A stretch of DNA of 64,000 nucleotides, taken from the NCBI GenBank assembly GCA_965644315.1, contig CBFFRQ010000043.1, forward strand, positions 186,001 to 250,000. Reading direction: 5' to 3'. Both the position numbers and the translations under genes were made by a program. The DNA comes from Caecitellus pseudoparvulus (lineage: Eukaryota > Protista > Bigyra: Bicosoecida). Under the pieces are notes generated by a model, which worked only from the letters and a program-made list of their open reading frames with translations, searched no databases and was not told the DNA's origin. The first letter of the stretch is position 1. Each line of letters starts with the position of its first letter. Of this stretch, positions 35,801 through 47,825 are shown in pieces.

Positions 35801-38800
35801 CCATCGAGCGCCTGGGCGCGGCGCTGGCCCAAGGTGCCCCAGGAGGCCAGCCCGGGTCCCTGGACCTGGCGGGGGTCGCATGCGACCACTTGCAGTCCGC
35901 CCTGGGCGCCGTGGCGGCGCGCCCCGTCACCTCCCTCCGCGCCAAACGCCTCATCACCAGCACCCACACCGTGCTCAAGGCCCGTCGGGCAGCAGTGCCG
36001 TTGGGGGGCGACCCCGCCCCCGCCGCTGACTGGCACCGTCTGGGCGGTGTTCTGGCTGAGGCGGTGCACAAGGCCCTCAGCCCAGAGGCGCTGCCTGAGC
36101 TGCAGCTGTGGGCAGACGCCCACCGCGTGCAGGCACTGGAGGGGGCGCTGCTGGCGGCGTGTGGGCGGGGGGGCGGCTCTGGCGTTGGGGACCTGCGGCG
36201 TGCAATCGAGTTGGTGCAGGGTGCGACGGCGGGCAGTGCGGAGGGTGGGCCCACTCCCTCCAGCCGCCTGTCCCTGACACGTCCGCTGGCGTTGCCGGGT
36301 CGGCTGGCTCGCCTGCTGGCATTTGCGCAGCATTTGCTCGCGGCACGCCAGGCCATGGCGCAGGGCGAGTGGGCCCAGGTCGCGGCGTCCCTGGATGCCG
36401 TGGAGGCGGAGGCGTTGGATGACGTTGAGGCGGCCGCTGCGGCGGGGGAGGTGGCGTCGCTGCGACGTGCCGTGGCAGACCACCGCGCAGGGGAGGGCCT
36501 CGTCGCGCTCCTGCGAGAGGGGGCCATCACGGGCATCCCAGGGGACCTGGATGTGACCCCCGTCGCGGGACACCCCCCCGCCGGGCCACTGGCTGCGGCG
36601 GAGGCGCTAGGCCCCGCCATGTCGCATGCGACGGCGGGGCTGCTGTCCACGGCCCGGGCGGTGGCGGCCCTGCGGCGAGCCGTGGTGGGGGGGGACTGGG
36701 ATGCCGTGCCTGGGGCGGTGGCGGGGGTGGAGGCCGCCCCCGCCGCGGACATGGTCGCGGAGGAGGTGGCCCTGCTGCAGCAGGAACACGCCAACCACGA
36801 CGCGGTGCAGGCTCTGCAGGCACACCTGGCAGCGGGGGGAGTGGGTGGGCGTGTGGGGGCGCTGGAGTACGGCGGCGTGGCGCTGGCCCCCCTGGCCGCG
36901 GCGGTGTCCGACGCGGATGACCTGCCTGTCAAATCTGCAGCCTGTGCGGCGACCCTGAAGGTGGCTCGCCTAGTGCTGGGGGTGCGGCGGGCGCTGCTGG
37001 CCAGCGACTGGCCCCGTGTTCGCACGGCGCTGGCGGACTTCGCGCTTCCACCCGGAACACTGAGGGGGTCCAGACCCGGAACACCGTCCTCGGCGCCCCC
37101 CTCGCCGCCCACCAGCCCCGGCACCGCCCTGGCCGTGCTTCCCCCCCACCTGCCGCCCCAACTGCAAGCGCAACTGGCGGCGCCCCAACTGCAAGCACTG
37201 GCCCTCGCCCCAGAGCTGCTGCTGGTGCTGCGCGAGTTGCATGACCGTGACGTGGCAGAGGAGCTGTGCGGCGCACTCACCACTGGTGCGGCACGGGGGT
37301 CCCCCACGGACCTGGACCTGTCCGCCTGTGCTGCGGATCGCCTGGTGTCGGCTGTGGACACGGCGGAGGCGGTGGGCCCACTGTCCGCCCGCACGCGTGC
37401 CCTGGCCGGCGTCGGCGCCGCAGTGGCCTCGGTGCGCTCTGCCCTGCTGGCGCGGGACTATGCTGGCATCCCGCAGGCTGTGCGGGCGGCGGTGGCGGCG
37501 GCGGGTCCGCCCCCCGCCCGGGCCAGTGCCAGCCTGCTGGGAGGGGTGGAGGGGGGTGGTGACCCCTTCGGGGACATGGACACGTGGGTGTCCAACCCCA
37601 TGTCCAGTGGGGGCGCGGCGGCAGTGGGCCCACCCCGCGGCGGCGGCGGTGGCGCCACCGTGGCGGACGCGGCCGACGGCCTGCACTACACGCCCGTCAT
37701 CCTGTCCACGGCCGCGCTGCCAGAGGGGGTGGCGGGGCAAGTGCAAGTTGAACTTCGTCTGGCGCAAGCAGTTGCCGCACTGTCCAGCGTCGCCGACGTC
37801 GTCCAGCGCTGCTTCGAGGGCGGCGCGCCACGGGGAGCCCCCGGGGCCCTGGACCTGTCCAGCGTCACGACAGACGCCCTGGACCGCGCCGGACAACTCA
37901 TCACCTCCCTGCCCCCCGAACACACGCCTCCCCACCTGGCCGTCACGCTGGCCGCCGTGAAGGCTGTGCGCCGCATGCGACGGGGCCTCCTGCGGGGGGA
38001 CTGGGTGGAGGTGGAGGGGGGGGTGGAGGATGCGGGGGGCCTGGGCCCAGACCTGCCCCCTGGCGCCATCCCGGACGTGGAGACGGCTGTCGCGGAGCTG
38101 CACCACCGATCTGTGGTCGTGAGTGGCCCCCTGCCCACCGCCATCGTGGAGGGCGGCCCGCCCACTGCCCCCGACAGCGTCGGCAACATGGCTGCCTGGG
38201 CTGACGCGGTGGAGGTGGGCCCACTGGACGCTGCATTGGCCCATGCCGCCGCCATCGGCGCCACCTCCCCCGAGGCCCAAGCCCTCGTCCGCAGCGCCGC
38301 CTTCCTGCGCCGTGTCCGGGCGGCGGTGTCCGCTCGGGAGATGGACCTGCTGCAGCGCCTGCTGGCCACCGCCCACCCCGCTGGGCTGGTGTCCACCGTC
38401 CTGCCTGAGCTGGAGCGATACCGCTTCGAGACCAAGCATGCCGCGGCGGTGGAGGCGCTGCAGGCGGCGGTGGGCTCCGGCCACGGCATGGTGCCCGTCG
38501 TGGACACGGCGCGGGGCGTGACATCAGCGGAGCATCAGCTGACGGGCGGCGTCGCGGCGACCGCTGCGCCCGACGGCGCCTGGCGCATCGACGCAGGGCT
38601 GGTGGCGCTGGCGCCCCTGGACACAGCCATCGACGCCGCTGAGGCTGTGGGCATGCACACCGAGGCGGGCACGACGCTGCTGCGCACAGCCAAGGTGCTG
38701 CGCAAGTTGCGATCTTGCATCGTGCACGACGACCTGACGGGCCTCGTGGCCGCCCTGGAGCAGGCGCGGGCGGGTCCCCTGCACCCCGCCGCCCACGATG

Positions 38801-41049
38801 AGATGCGCGCTCTGCTGGTGGAGTTTGACGATCGGGCCGTGTGTGCGGAACTCGTGCGGGGACTGGAGAGCGGGCGCCCCGAGGGGGCTGCGGGGGGGGC
38901 CCTGTCCCTCGCCCCCCTGCGCCTGGACACCCTCTCCGCCGCCGTGCAGTACGCCCTGAGCGTGGGCACCCGCAGCCACCGCGCCGAACGCCTCCTGCTC
39001 AGCGCCCGTGTCGTGCTGGCCCTACGCCAGGAGCTGCTGTCCCCCGGCAGTGACCCGGAAGGCCTCGCCGCCGCCCTGGCTGTGGCGGACCAGCAGGCCC
39101 TGGCGCCAGAGGCCGCCACGGAGGTGCACACAGTGCGCAACGATGTGGCGGCGTCTGTGGCAGCCAGTCGCCTGCGGGCAGCGCTGGGGCATGGCGGGGG
39201 TGTGGTGCGCCTGACTCGGGAGCTGCCCCGGTCCCCCCTGCGGGGGGGGGGCGTGTCCGGTCCCCGGGAGGGGGGAGCAGACAGCCCTGTTCGCGTTGCC
39301 GAGACACGCATCGACGTGGCCAGCATCACACTCAGCGCCCTGGACGACGCCATCGCGCAGGCGGGCACCGTGGCCAGGCACACGCCCACCCTGACGCAGC
39401 TGCTGACGTCAGCGTACGCTGTGCGTGACGTGCGGGCAGCCCTGCTGGGGGGTGACTGGGAGGAGGCGGGAGCCCTGGCCCAGCAGTACCTGGACATGCC
39501 GCCGCCAGACGCCGCCGACACGGCTGGATCAGTGGGGGCCATGCTGGGGGGTGGGCCCACCCACCCGCCCGCATCCTCCGCAGCCCTCGTCCCCGTGGCC
39601 CGTGAAGAGCTGGGCGGCGTCACGGCCGCCTTGGGGCTGGTGTCCGCCCGTGGGAGCGCCCTGCAAGACCTGCTGGCGGCGACATCCGAGCCGGAGGAGG
39701 GCGCCCTGGTCCGGGCGCTGCAGCGGGCGCGGGAGGTGGGCCTGGAGGGCAGTGACGACCCCACTGCACGGGGGGCGCTGGCGGGTGCTCAGGACAAGCT
39801 GCTGTCTGTGCGGCGCGTGAAGGCGCAGCTGGCCGCAGCCACCTCCAGCTCCCACCTGCCCACCCTGCGAGCAGCAGTGACGGCGGCCTCTGAGGTGGGC
39901 TACGCTGGCCCGGAGGTGGCGGTGGCGGAGTCTGCCAAGGCTGCCATCGCGGCAGTGCTGGAGGATGCGGAGGAGGCGGCGGCTCGAGTGGATGCGCCCG
40001 CCATGCGGGATGCCCTTCGGCGGGCGGATGCACTGGGCGTGGCGCTGCCCAACGCGCCCCACTTGCGGCAACTGCTTGCGCTGCCCACCCGTGACCGCCT
40101 GCACTTGCGCCTGCAAGCGGCGCTCAAGACGCGCAACCCCGCCGCCATTGCCCCCGCCACCCTGGACATCAAGCGGCACTTCTTTGCGGAAACTACCCGC
40201 GACTTCAACTTGGCGGCGTACCCGGGCCTGCGCCCCGCAGGGGACCTCGCCGCCGCTGCAGCGGGGTCCACGGCTGCCGGGGCCGGCATGGGAGGGAGCC
40301 TCACGCCCTCCTACCTGGCCGCCAGCCGCACCCCCCTGGAGGGCCCCCTGACACAGCTGCCGCCTGCCCTGCATGCCACTGCCGCTGCCCTCAGCCAGTA
40401 CCTGTGTCAGTACTGCGGGGACGTGCCTCGGCAGGGCACGTACCCACTCACCATAGCGCAGGAAATCCTGCAGCTGGCACTGGCCACGCCGCTGCTGCGC
40501 GACGAGACCTTCGCACAGCTCATGCGGGCATGCACTCGGAACACCAATGCGGCCTCCCGCACCGCTGCGCAGCAACTGCTGTTCCTGTGCGTCGGCGCCT
40601 TCCCGCCGTCCGAGGCGTTTGAGAACTACTTGGAGTTCTTCCTGCGCCAGGAAGGAGACGAAGCCGCCCTGCTGGCCATGCACCGCACGGCGTATACAGG
40701 CGCACTGCCCACCACCCCCAGCATCGCCGACATCAAGGAGACACTCGCACAGTACGCAGGCGCAGACAGCCCGCGCGGCAGTGCAGGCTACGCGTCGCCT
40801 GGCGGGTCCGGTACGCCCCCGGCAAGCCCGCCAGCGGCCGATGCAGCCGGCAAGCCTGGGGCAAGCGACGCCTACACTCGCAGCACTGACCAGACATGGG
40901 CACCGTCTTCGCCTGGCAGTGGTGCCTGGTCGCCGTCCTTCACTCGCGGGGTGCAGCCCCTGCCACCGCCGTCGGCTGGGCCGGGCATGTCGTACACTGG
41001 CGCCAGTGCCGCGGCCCGGGGCACAGGCGGCGCGCCCAGACTGGGGTAG
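26817..41049 (+). CDS. Giant unconventional myosin (motor, 1 IQ, ~24 tail repeats, MyTH4, no FERM; class IV-like); 2 exons (26817-27251, 27325-41049), ~4719 aa
   Basis: GESGAGKTE, NNNSSRFGK, DALAKALY, DIFGFE, FEQLCINYCNE, HYIRCIKPN; IQ motif VQAAWRARWAR; MyTH4 LRDETFAQLMRACTRN..LFLCVGAFPPS..FENYL at ~40310-40730. A 73-nt GTGCGT..CAG intron joins the N-terminal exon (ORF 26793..27332) in frame. Confidence 0.93.
30061..39620 (+). repeat. ~24 degenerate protein repeats (~105-200 aa with insertions) in the myosin tail
   Basis: Recurring pattern L..AL..G...G.PGALD...V....L..A...A...G.......L...A..LL.LR.A...GDW..V......E; visible at protein level only. Count made by eye. Confidence 0.8.
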
Positions 41050-41462
41050 GCTACGTGTGGGGCAGGGCCATGCGTGTTTGCCCGTGATCTTGTGACAATG
41101 TACACCCATTGCAAGCGTCCCTGTGCCGAGTGGTGGGAGGCGCCTTCTTCTCGCGCGCCCGAAGCGTTGGCTCAGGGGGGGCAGGCTTCATAGGCAGCGA
41201 GGCAAGCGAGTGGGAGCTGTGAACCACTATGGAAGTTTCAATGCACCTCGAATTGTATGCAGGTGTGTGGACGGAGGGGTCTCCGGGCATCGGGTGACCC
41301 CCCCCGTGTGCGCAGGGCGCTGTGCCACCTCACCCCCCATCCACATCAACGGCCAGCAGTCTCCGCGCCCATTCAAAACACGCCCGGCATACGAACAAAT
41401 TGAGGCAGACAGCCGTGGCACCCGTCTCTCTTCAATAGACTCATGAATTCCCTGCCGTCAAG

Positions 41463-42635
41463 ATGAATCCCCACATGCTCAGGCGGCAGAACAAGCTGGA
41501 CTTGGTTGCGGCAAGCGCTGCCGGCAAGTCCAGCTTTCGATTCTGTATGTTGCAGTAACGTTGGGGCGCGCCCTGCCTCAGGCACGGCTCCCTCGCCTGA
41601 GCACAAGGGTGTAACAAGCTGAACCCCCCCCTTGCTGCCCTTGGAACGCAGGCTGCTGCTGTGGATTCTTGGCGCTGGCACTCTTGTGCGTGTGGATCTT
41701 TCTGCCCATCGTGGGTGAAGGAGACACGAAGTACACGATAGTGCAGGGAGAGGACAATGCAGAGGAGTTCACAGGCATCATTGCATGGGCCAGCCCTTCA
41801 AGCTTCTGCGCCAAGGCTGGCTTCAGCGTGCTGTTTGAGAACTGCGTCGTGGAGATGTGCTCGGGTGAGTTGGGGCGCCCGCGCGCGTGCAACCTGCTAC
41901 CTCCTCACCGCAATCGCCGCCGCCCCCACGCGCACAGTAGACGAGCAACTTCGAATTTACGATGTGGATGATGACTCCATTTCCCAAAAGGCACTCGGCA
42001 TGAAGATCCTCTTCGGCGCGGCAGTGGCCCTGTCCGTGGCGGCCTGTGGCGCAAGTTGCCTCATGGCCCCCTCCCACGAGAAAGCCCACGCCATGCTTGG
42101 CCCCGAAGCGTCACAGGCTGAAATCGACGCGCGGCGGCAGTGGAACTACGGCGTGCCCGCCGCCCTCACAGCAGGGGCTGCACTGGCCGTCATGCTGCAG
42201 TTGGTGGGCGGCTTTGGCTGGCAGGGCCTCGCACACACCATGGGCACCTACGACCGCCTGTGCATGGTGGCCCAGCGGGCCTACGAAATCGGCACCGTTG
42301 AGCAGAGCACTTCCTGCAATGAAGACATCGACGCTGCGGCGCGCCTGACCGCCTCCTTCGGCGACGGCTCCCTGTGCAGTGCCGTGTTCACCTCCTACAC
42401 CGCCCCCGCCACCAGCACGTCACAGCTCCTGGGCATGCTGTCATCGTCGGCGGCTGCACTGGGCTTGTCCGCCCTCTGGATGGCTTGGGCGCAGTGGGGC
42501 CTGTACAAGGCCCTGAGCACGGCGAAGCGCGTGCGCAACCCAGACCTGTACGCTCCGCTCGTTACCACCCCGCACCAGCAGCATCATCGGGGGTCCTTGC
42601 AGAGCATGCAGATGGCCCCGAAGAGCGGGGTGTAG
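41463..42635 (+). CDS. Uncharacterised four-TM membrane protein with Cys-containing loops; 3 exons (41463-41544, 41652-41864, 41938-42635)
   Basis: Phase-compatible GTATGT..CAG and GTGAGT..CAG introns join ORFs 41669.. and 41757..; four hydrophobic segments (FLALALLCVWIFLPI; ILFGAAVALSVAACG; VPAALTAGAALAVMLQLVGG; LLGMLSSSAAALGLSALW). Confidence 0.65.
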
Positions 42636-42794
42636 ACCTGCTTGGCAGACAAAGCTAGAGCCCACCCAGCGCGAGGGCTGGGTGCCGCCCCTGCAATGCA
42701 AACGTTGCGGGGCTTGGCAGAACGCAATCGGGGCGGCAGGCACTGCCTCCTCCCTCCCCAGCACAGCACACCGTGGCCACATGCATTTGATCGT

Positions 42795-44208
42795 TCATGC
42801 CCGTCGCCCAGCCGAGCGCGCGCGGCTGCGCAGGGGCTTGCTGGGGGGTGTGGCGTCTGCTGCGTGGGCCATCGTTTCGTAGCTGGAGTCCCGCACGTGC
42901 ACCTCGTCGTCGTAGTCGTGCGCGTAGCGGAAGTATGCAGAGTAGTCCCGCACCATGGCAGCAGTTGCGCCGGCACCACTGCCTGCGCGAGCGACGGGGT
43001 GCAGCGCCTGCACGGCGTGGGGGGGCAGGGGCGCCGCGCCCTGTGTTTCCGCCGCCCAGCTCACCACCACCTTGCGCTTGCCAATGTATGGCTGGCGGCC
43101 GTGGGACACGGACCAGTTGTCGATCATGAGGATGTCGCCCTTGCGCCAGCGGGGGAAGACCATGTTGGCCCAGATGACGTCTCGCACGTGCTCCATCTCC
43201 TCGTCGCTCAGCTGCTCCCCGCTGCCCAGGGTCGTGTGCATGCCGTAGGAGGTCCACGGCATGATGAGGCGGTACAAGGCGGTGAGGAAGCCCATGAGTG
43301 CCCACAGGACGAGGAGGCGCAGCTCCCCCGTGCGGCGCCAAGTGCGGTCGAATTCCTGCGCCCCCATGGCAATGTGAAAGGTGGGTGCGTGGTTGGAGAA
43401 CACCTCCACGTTGGTTTCCGGGTGCACCCGCGTGGCGCCCGCGGCGTTGGCGATGGACAGGGAGTCCCCATCGCCCCACGCCACGCTGAGGCCCGTCGCA
43501 GCACACTCCGCATCCACCTCTGCCGGGTCATCTGTCATGAACAGGTCCGTCCAGGGCTTCAGCTTGAACACGTCCACTGGCACGGCGGGCGTGCGCTTGA
43601 GGTAGTTGCGCACGTACAGCACGCCCTGGTCCTTCATCTTGGCCTTCAAGGCGGGGTCCAGCTGTGCCCACACCTTGCGGAAGTCACACAGGCAGGTCTC
43701 CCCCCCCACAGCTGTGTTGGCGGTGAAGCTGTCGTCCAGGCAGGAGAAGTACAGGCGGGCGGGGGGGCCGTTCAGGAAGGACATCTCCAGGTGCTGGGGA
43801 ATGGGGAAGAAACCCGGCAACTCAGAGGCAGAGAAGACGTACTGGGTGTCCCCCTGCACCACCCGGGGGGACGTCCCCCGGTACTCGTCAGACAGCTCGT
43901 CGAACTGCACCAGTGCCGTCTGCACGTCCATGGGCTGGGCAACGTCGAAGCCGGTGAACTTCACCGCCCCAAACAGGGTCATTTGCTCCATGAGCCACCC
44001 CTTGTTGGCCTTCATCCACTTGCCCAGGAATGCAGGGCTGCGCTCGCCCCCTGTGCAAAAAGCGGGAACTGCGGAGTGAGCTTCGGCCGCCCCATGGCCG
44101 GCCTTCCCTGGGCTGCCACGCACCGCGCAGGGGGGAAATGAGCAGTGGGAGTGTCTTGCCTGGGATGGCAGGGTACACATGCACTGCGTCCAGGTCGTAC
44201 TGCCCCAT
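42795..44208 (-). CDS. TauD/TfdA-family Fe(II)/2-oxoglutarate dioxygenase (SyrP/clavaminate-synthase-like); intron 44123-44051
   Basis: LPLLISP, GAVKFTGF, IPQHLEMS (HxE), RLYFSC, GGETCLCD, WRKGDILMIDN..VSHGRQPY.G.RKV. Confidence 0.88.
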
Positions 44209-44602
44209 GCTGCACCTCGGTCGTTGAGTCGGCGGTTGCAAGTGATGCGCCTTCAATTTCCACTCCGACACGCCTTGCGCTCAGCGGGCCTTTGCAGCGA
44301 TCCTTCCGCGGCATGCATTCAGGAAGTGAACAGAACGAAGTTGGAGGAGTAGTGGGTGGCTGGGTGGAATGCCTCAGTGCCCCAGTTCCCAGCAGAGGGA
44401 GGGGGGTGTGCTGGTGCGGTTGATGTGGCGGTCAAACTGCCTTCGCAACAGGTGCAGCGTCCACCCCTGCCTGTGCAAGACACCCAGACCTGGGTGCCTG
44501 CTCCTCCTCGGTCTGCTCATGCGCCCCCGCTGGGGGCTGGTGGAGAAGGGCGAGGTGCCGGCTGGCAAGCTTCGCCGTGAGTGCCTGCCCTCTCCAGCTG
44601 CC

Positions 44603-45045
44603 TCACGAGCAGCACTGCGTGCAGGGACCAATGGTGTCCCGTGTCGAGCCAAACTGGCAGTACGGCCCCACGCCCTGCACAAAGTGGCAATTCTTGTCGG
44701 TCTCAACCTCACACCCCCGGCAACCACCTGTGCTGCAGGGAGTGCACGGCTCCTGCAGTGTGCAGAACGGCCCCTGGCCCTCTCGGCAGTCCCGCTTCGT
44801 CTTGGTCACCTTGCCGCCCTTTGTGCTGGTGTGGCAGCTGTTCAGCACCAGGCCCTGCGAGGTTGGCAGGCGTCGTTTCGTGCGCGTTTCTATGGCTGCC
44901 GTTGGCAGTTCAGGCTTACATCTGCCGGAATCGGCTCCACTGAAACCCGCAGGAGGAACCCGATTTGCACAATGACTGCAAGCACAGCCAAGAAATTCAA
45001 GCAATTCACCGGCGCGCAGCACACCGCCCGGTACGTGAGCGCCAT
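44603..45045 (-). CDS. Small Cys-rich single-pass/signal-anchored protein, 125 aa; 2 exons (45045-44920, 44854-44603)
   Basis: Exon 1 MALTYRAVCCAPVNCLNFLAVLAVIVQIGFLLRVSVEPIPAD, then a 65-nt GTAAGC..CAG intron, then an 83-aa exon with 12 Cys (CREGQGPFCTLQEPCTPC..CHFVQGVGPYC..PCTQCC). Confidence 0.75.
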
Positions 45046-45605
45046 GGAGCCTGGCCACCCTGGCTCTGCCCGTGGAGCGCCGTGCCGCTCGCACAGCCAG
45101 GAGCGACAGGCGGGGGCTGGCGCGGCACCCTTTGCACGCAAACGAAGGCAGCTGTAGCTAGGCGCGGGTGCCCCGAGAGCACGCAACCCTTCAACACGAT
45201 TTTGGCGTGCAAAACGTGCTCCGTGTATGACCCGCGCACCGGGTTCGCCTCCTCCCCCCCCGCCGCACTGATCGAATAGAGCAGGGAATGGCCCCAGCTT
45301 GCGGGAGTACGGTGCCACGTCACAACCTGGACAACAGTGGCGAAGTGGGGGTGTGCCTGGGCGAGCTGCACAGGTGCATTCAGCGCTTCGTCGTGTCAGG
45401 CACAGGGGCACCTCGCCAGACCCCAGACCAGGACGACACTCTGGCCAGGGGCCTTACATTGCGGCGGCTCTGCTGTCTCGGCTGCGCAGTCAGGTTGGCG
45501 AGGTTGCGGTGTGTCTGCCCCAGCCCGAGGGGTGGTTGGAGCCAATGTGCAGCACGTGAATGAGCCCTGCCTGAGACGCACTCTTGCGCACGAGCCCACT
45601 GCACG

Positions 45606-46033
45606 TCACTTCCTGCTGGAGCGGGTGCGCTCGGAGACGGCGGCCACAGTCTCCACAGCCTCGCCGGCAGCTGCGGCAGCCAGCACATCCTCAGCCTGTG
45701 GCGCCTGCTGTGCCGCGTGGGGGTGGAAGTGCACCTGGTTCCCCTTGGTCGTCTGCTTGGACTCAGCCATGGACTTGGCATAGCCAGTGAGGCCGTGGAT
45801 CATGTCTTCCCCCTCCACCGGCGCTGAGAAGGGAGCAGGGGGGGTGGTGCACCTTGTTCTGCTGCAGGGGGTGAAACGCGGCTGCATGGTTGCGCACCTT
45901 CCACAGCCCCTGTGACCTTGGCAAGCTGGGCCCTGGTCACACGGAGCACGTTTTCCTCCTTGGCTTTCAGCCATGTGCGTCGCTTGATGGAGCGCAGGCG
46001 CTTCTGGCGCTTGGATCGGATGCCCTTGGCCAT
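45606..46033 (-). CDS. Small basic protein, LLPH/LAPS18-like; intron 45897-45824
   Basis: N-terminus MAKGIRSKRQKRLRSIKR resembles the MAKSLRSKxKRKxRxxKR signature; a GTGCGC..CAG intron joins in frame to the end of ORF 45606..46451. Confidence 0.6.
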
Positions 46034-46214
46034 GCTGGGAGGGCTGCGGAAATCGAATCACCCACCCGCGAAACGCAAGCGGCGCAAGAGGGCAGGGGGC
46101 TCCGTTGTCACTGGCAGCCAAATCAAAACACAGGGTGTCACGCAACTCAAGGGGGGGCGTGCTTGGATTTGAGTGCTCACCCCGCAGTGTGCAGCCGCCG
46201 CCGGACACTGCATC

Positions 46215-47693
46215 ATGGCAAAGGCGAGACTCCCCTGCGCAGCACAGCTGGCCAGGGCTCGCCTGGCAGCAGCCTCCAACCCTGTCCGGTGCTGCTGCAT
46301 AGCCGTAGGCCTCCTTGGCTTTGTGCTCTGCTGCGCTGTCTGGTCTCTGGCAGAGCTGGGCGCCTTTGCACGGCCGTCGCCAAAATCCGCAGCCAGCGCA
46401 GCCATGGCAGCTGCCACCGCTGGCCTGACCCCTGTCGAAGTGCGAGACCACATGCCTGTGGCAAGCACGTTTGAAGTGTCAGAGGTGTCAGCCTTCGCCC
46501 ACGGCCAAGTCAGCGCCGCACAAGAGTACCTGCTGGGCTGGCTCACGCCCAGTAGGAGGCTGGCGCAACCTGGCCTGGCCCTCGTGCAGGATTTCCTCGC
46601 CAGCGTGGCCAGCACACAGACTGCCCGTGACGGGGATTGCCGAGTGGCTCCAGGGGACGCTGTGCACGTGCTGCAGCATGCAGGGGGGGGCACGCTCACC
46701 TCTGCCGTGCTGCGTTGCGGCGCCATTGGCGTGGCGGGTCAGCCGGGCCTGTTGCTGGCGCTGCACCGCCTGCACCTGGGGCGAGCGGCCCACGCGACTG
46801 AGCCTGGCGTGGCAGCCGTGTCGCCTGGCGTGCATGTGGTGGGGGAGGTGAACCCGCTGCTCCTAGTGCCCCAGCCCCCCCCCAACATCACCCTCGTCGT
46901 GCCCTACCACGACCGCCCCGACACCCTGACCACCTTCCTGGCCATGCTGCAGCGAGCAGTGCTGACCCGCCCCCCACGCAGTGACTCTCTGCCCCACCCC
47001 TTGCATGTGCGCCTGGTGCTAGCCGTCATGGACGCCGACATGACCACGGTGCGCGCCAGACTGGATGCCGCCGCCCTGCCCCTGGCAGCGGACGACGTGA
47101 CCCTCGTCAGCATTGAGCAGACGGCGCCTGGCGCCCTGCCCCCCGACAGGTCCTTCACCCGTGCAGCCGCCCTGCACGCGGGGGCGTCCGTGTGTTCCGC
47201 GAACACCCTCATGTTCTTCCTCGACGTGGACATGGGCCTCACCCGCGCCACCCTGGCCCGCGCAGCCCTGCACGCTCACCCAGGCGTCTCCGCCGCCTTC
47301 CCCGTCGTGTGGAGCCAGTACAAGGGCTTCACCTCCACCTCTGTCGCCTACAACGAGGGCTACTGGCGCATCGCGGGGTTCGGCAACATGGCGCTGTACA
47401 AGGCCGACTATGACCGCATCTCCAACTTCGCTGCGTCCGGGCAGCGTGCAGGGTGGGGGCGGGAGGACTCCCTCTTCACCTCTGCCGCCCTGGCCACGCC
47501 TGGCTTCCACGTAGCGCGGTACCTGGAGCCCAGCCTCCTGCACAGGTGGCACCCCAAGTCCTGTGCCGGCATCGCCGACCCCGACACGCGCCAGTCCTGT
47601 GAAAACGTCGCCGTCATGAACTCCGGCAGCCATCTAGCTCTGGCTGCCCGTGTGGCAGAGCTGGAGGCAGCGCAGGCGGCTGGCGGAGCATAG
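46215..47693 (+). CDS. Chondroitin synthase / N-acetylgalactosaminyltransferase-like glycosyltransferase (CHGN domain), type II membrane
   Basis: TM CCIAVGLLGFVLCCAVWSL; FTRAAALHAG, LMFFLDVDM (DxD), FPVVWSQY, GYWRIAGFG..LYKADY, GWGRED, LLHRWHPKSC..C. Confidence 0.85.
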   Translation: MAKARLPCAAQLARARLAAASNPVRCCCIAVGLLGFVLCCAVWSLAELGAFARPSPKSAASAAMAAATAGLTPVEVRDHMPVASTFEVSEVSAFAHGQVSAAQEYLLGWLTPSRRLAQPGLALVQDFLASVASTQTARDGDCRVAPGDAVHVLQHAGGGTLTSAVLRCGAIGVAGQPGLLLALHRLHLGRAAHATEPGVAAVSPGVHVVGEVNPLLLVPQPPPNITLVVPYHDRPDTLTTFLAMLQRAVLTRPPRSDSLPHPLHVRLVLAVMDADMTTVRARLDAAALPLAADDVTLVSIEQTAPGALPPDRSFTRAAALHAGASVCSANTLMFFLDVDMGLTRATLARAALHAHPGVSAAFPVVWSQYKGFTSTSVAYNEGYWRIAGFGNMALYKADYDRISNFAASGQRAGWGREDSLFTSAALATPGFHVARYLEPSLLHRWHPKSCAGIADPDTRQSCENVAVMNSGSHLALAARVAELEAAQAAGGA

Positions 47694-47825
47694 CCGCTGT
47701 GCAGGGAGAGCGCTGAAGAGGCCCTTTCCCTCACGATTTCCGCAGCGCAAGACGATGCCTCGAACAAACTATGTCAGACGAGTCGCCACTGTAGCACAGC
47801 AAGACAGAACACCTCGCCCATTGCG

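Noticed and set aside
27329-41109. Many long alternative-frame and antisense ORFs (e.g. 32997..35219, 35475..37394, 11089..13218, 927..2654)
   Set aside because: Shadow ORFs expected from high GC; they overlap well-supported genes and are low-complexity Ala/Arg/Pro sequence.
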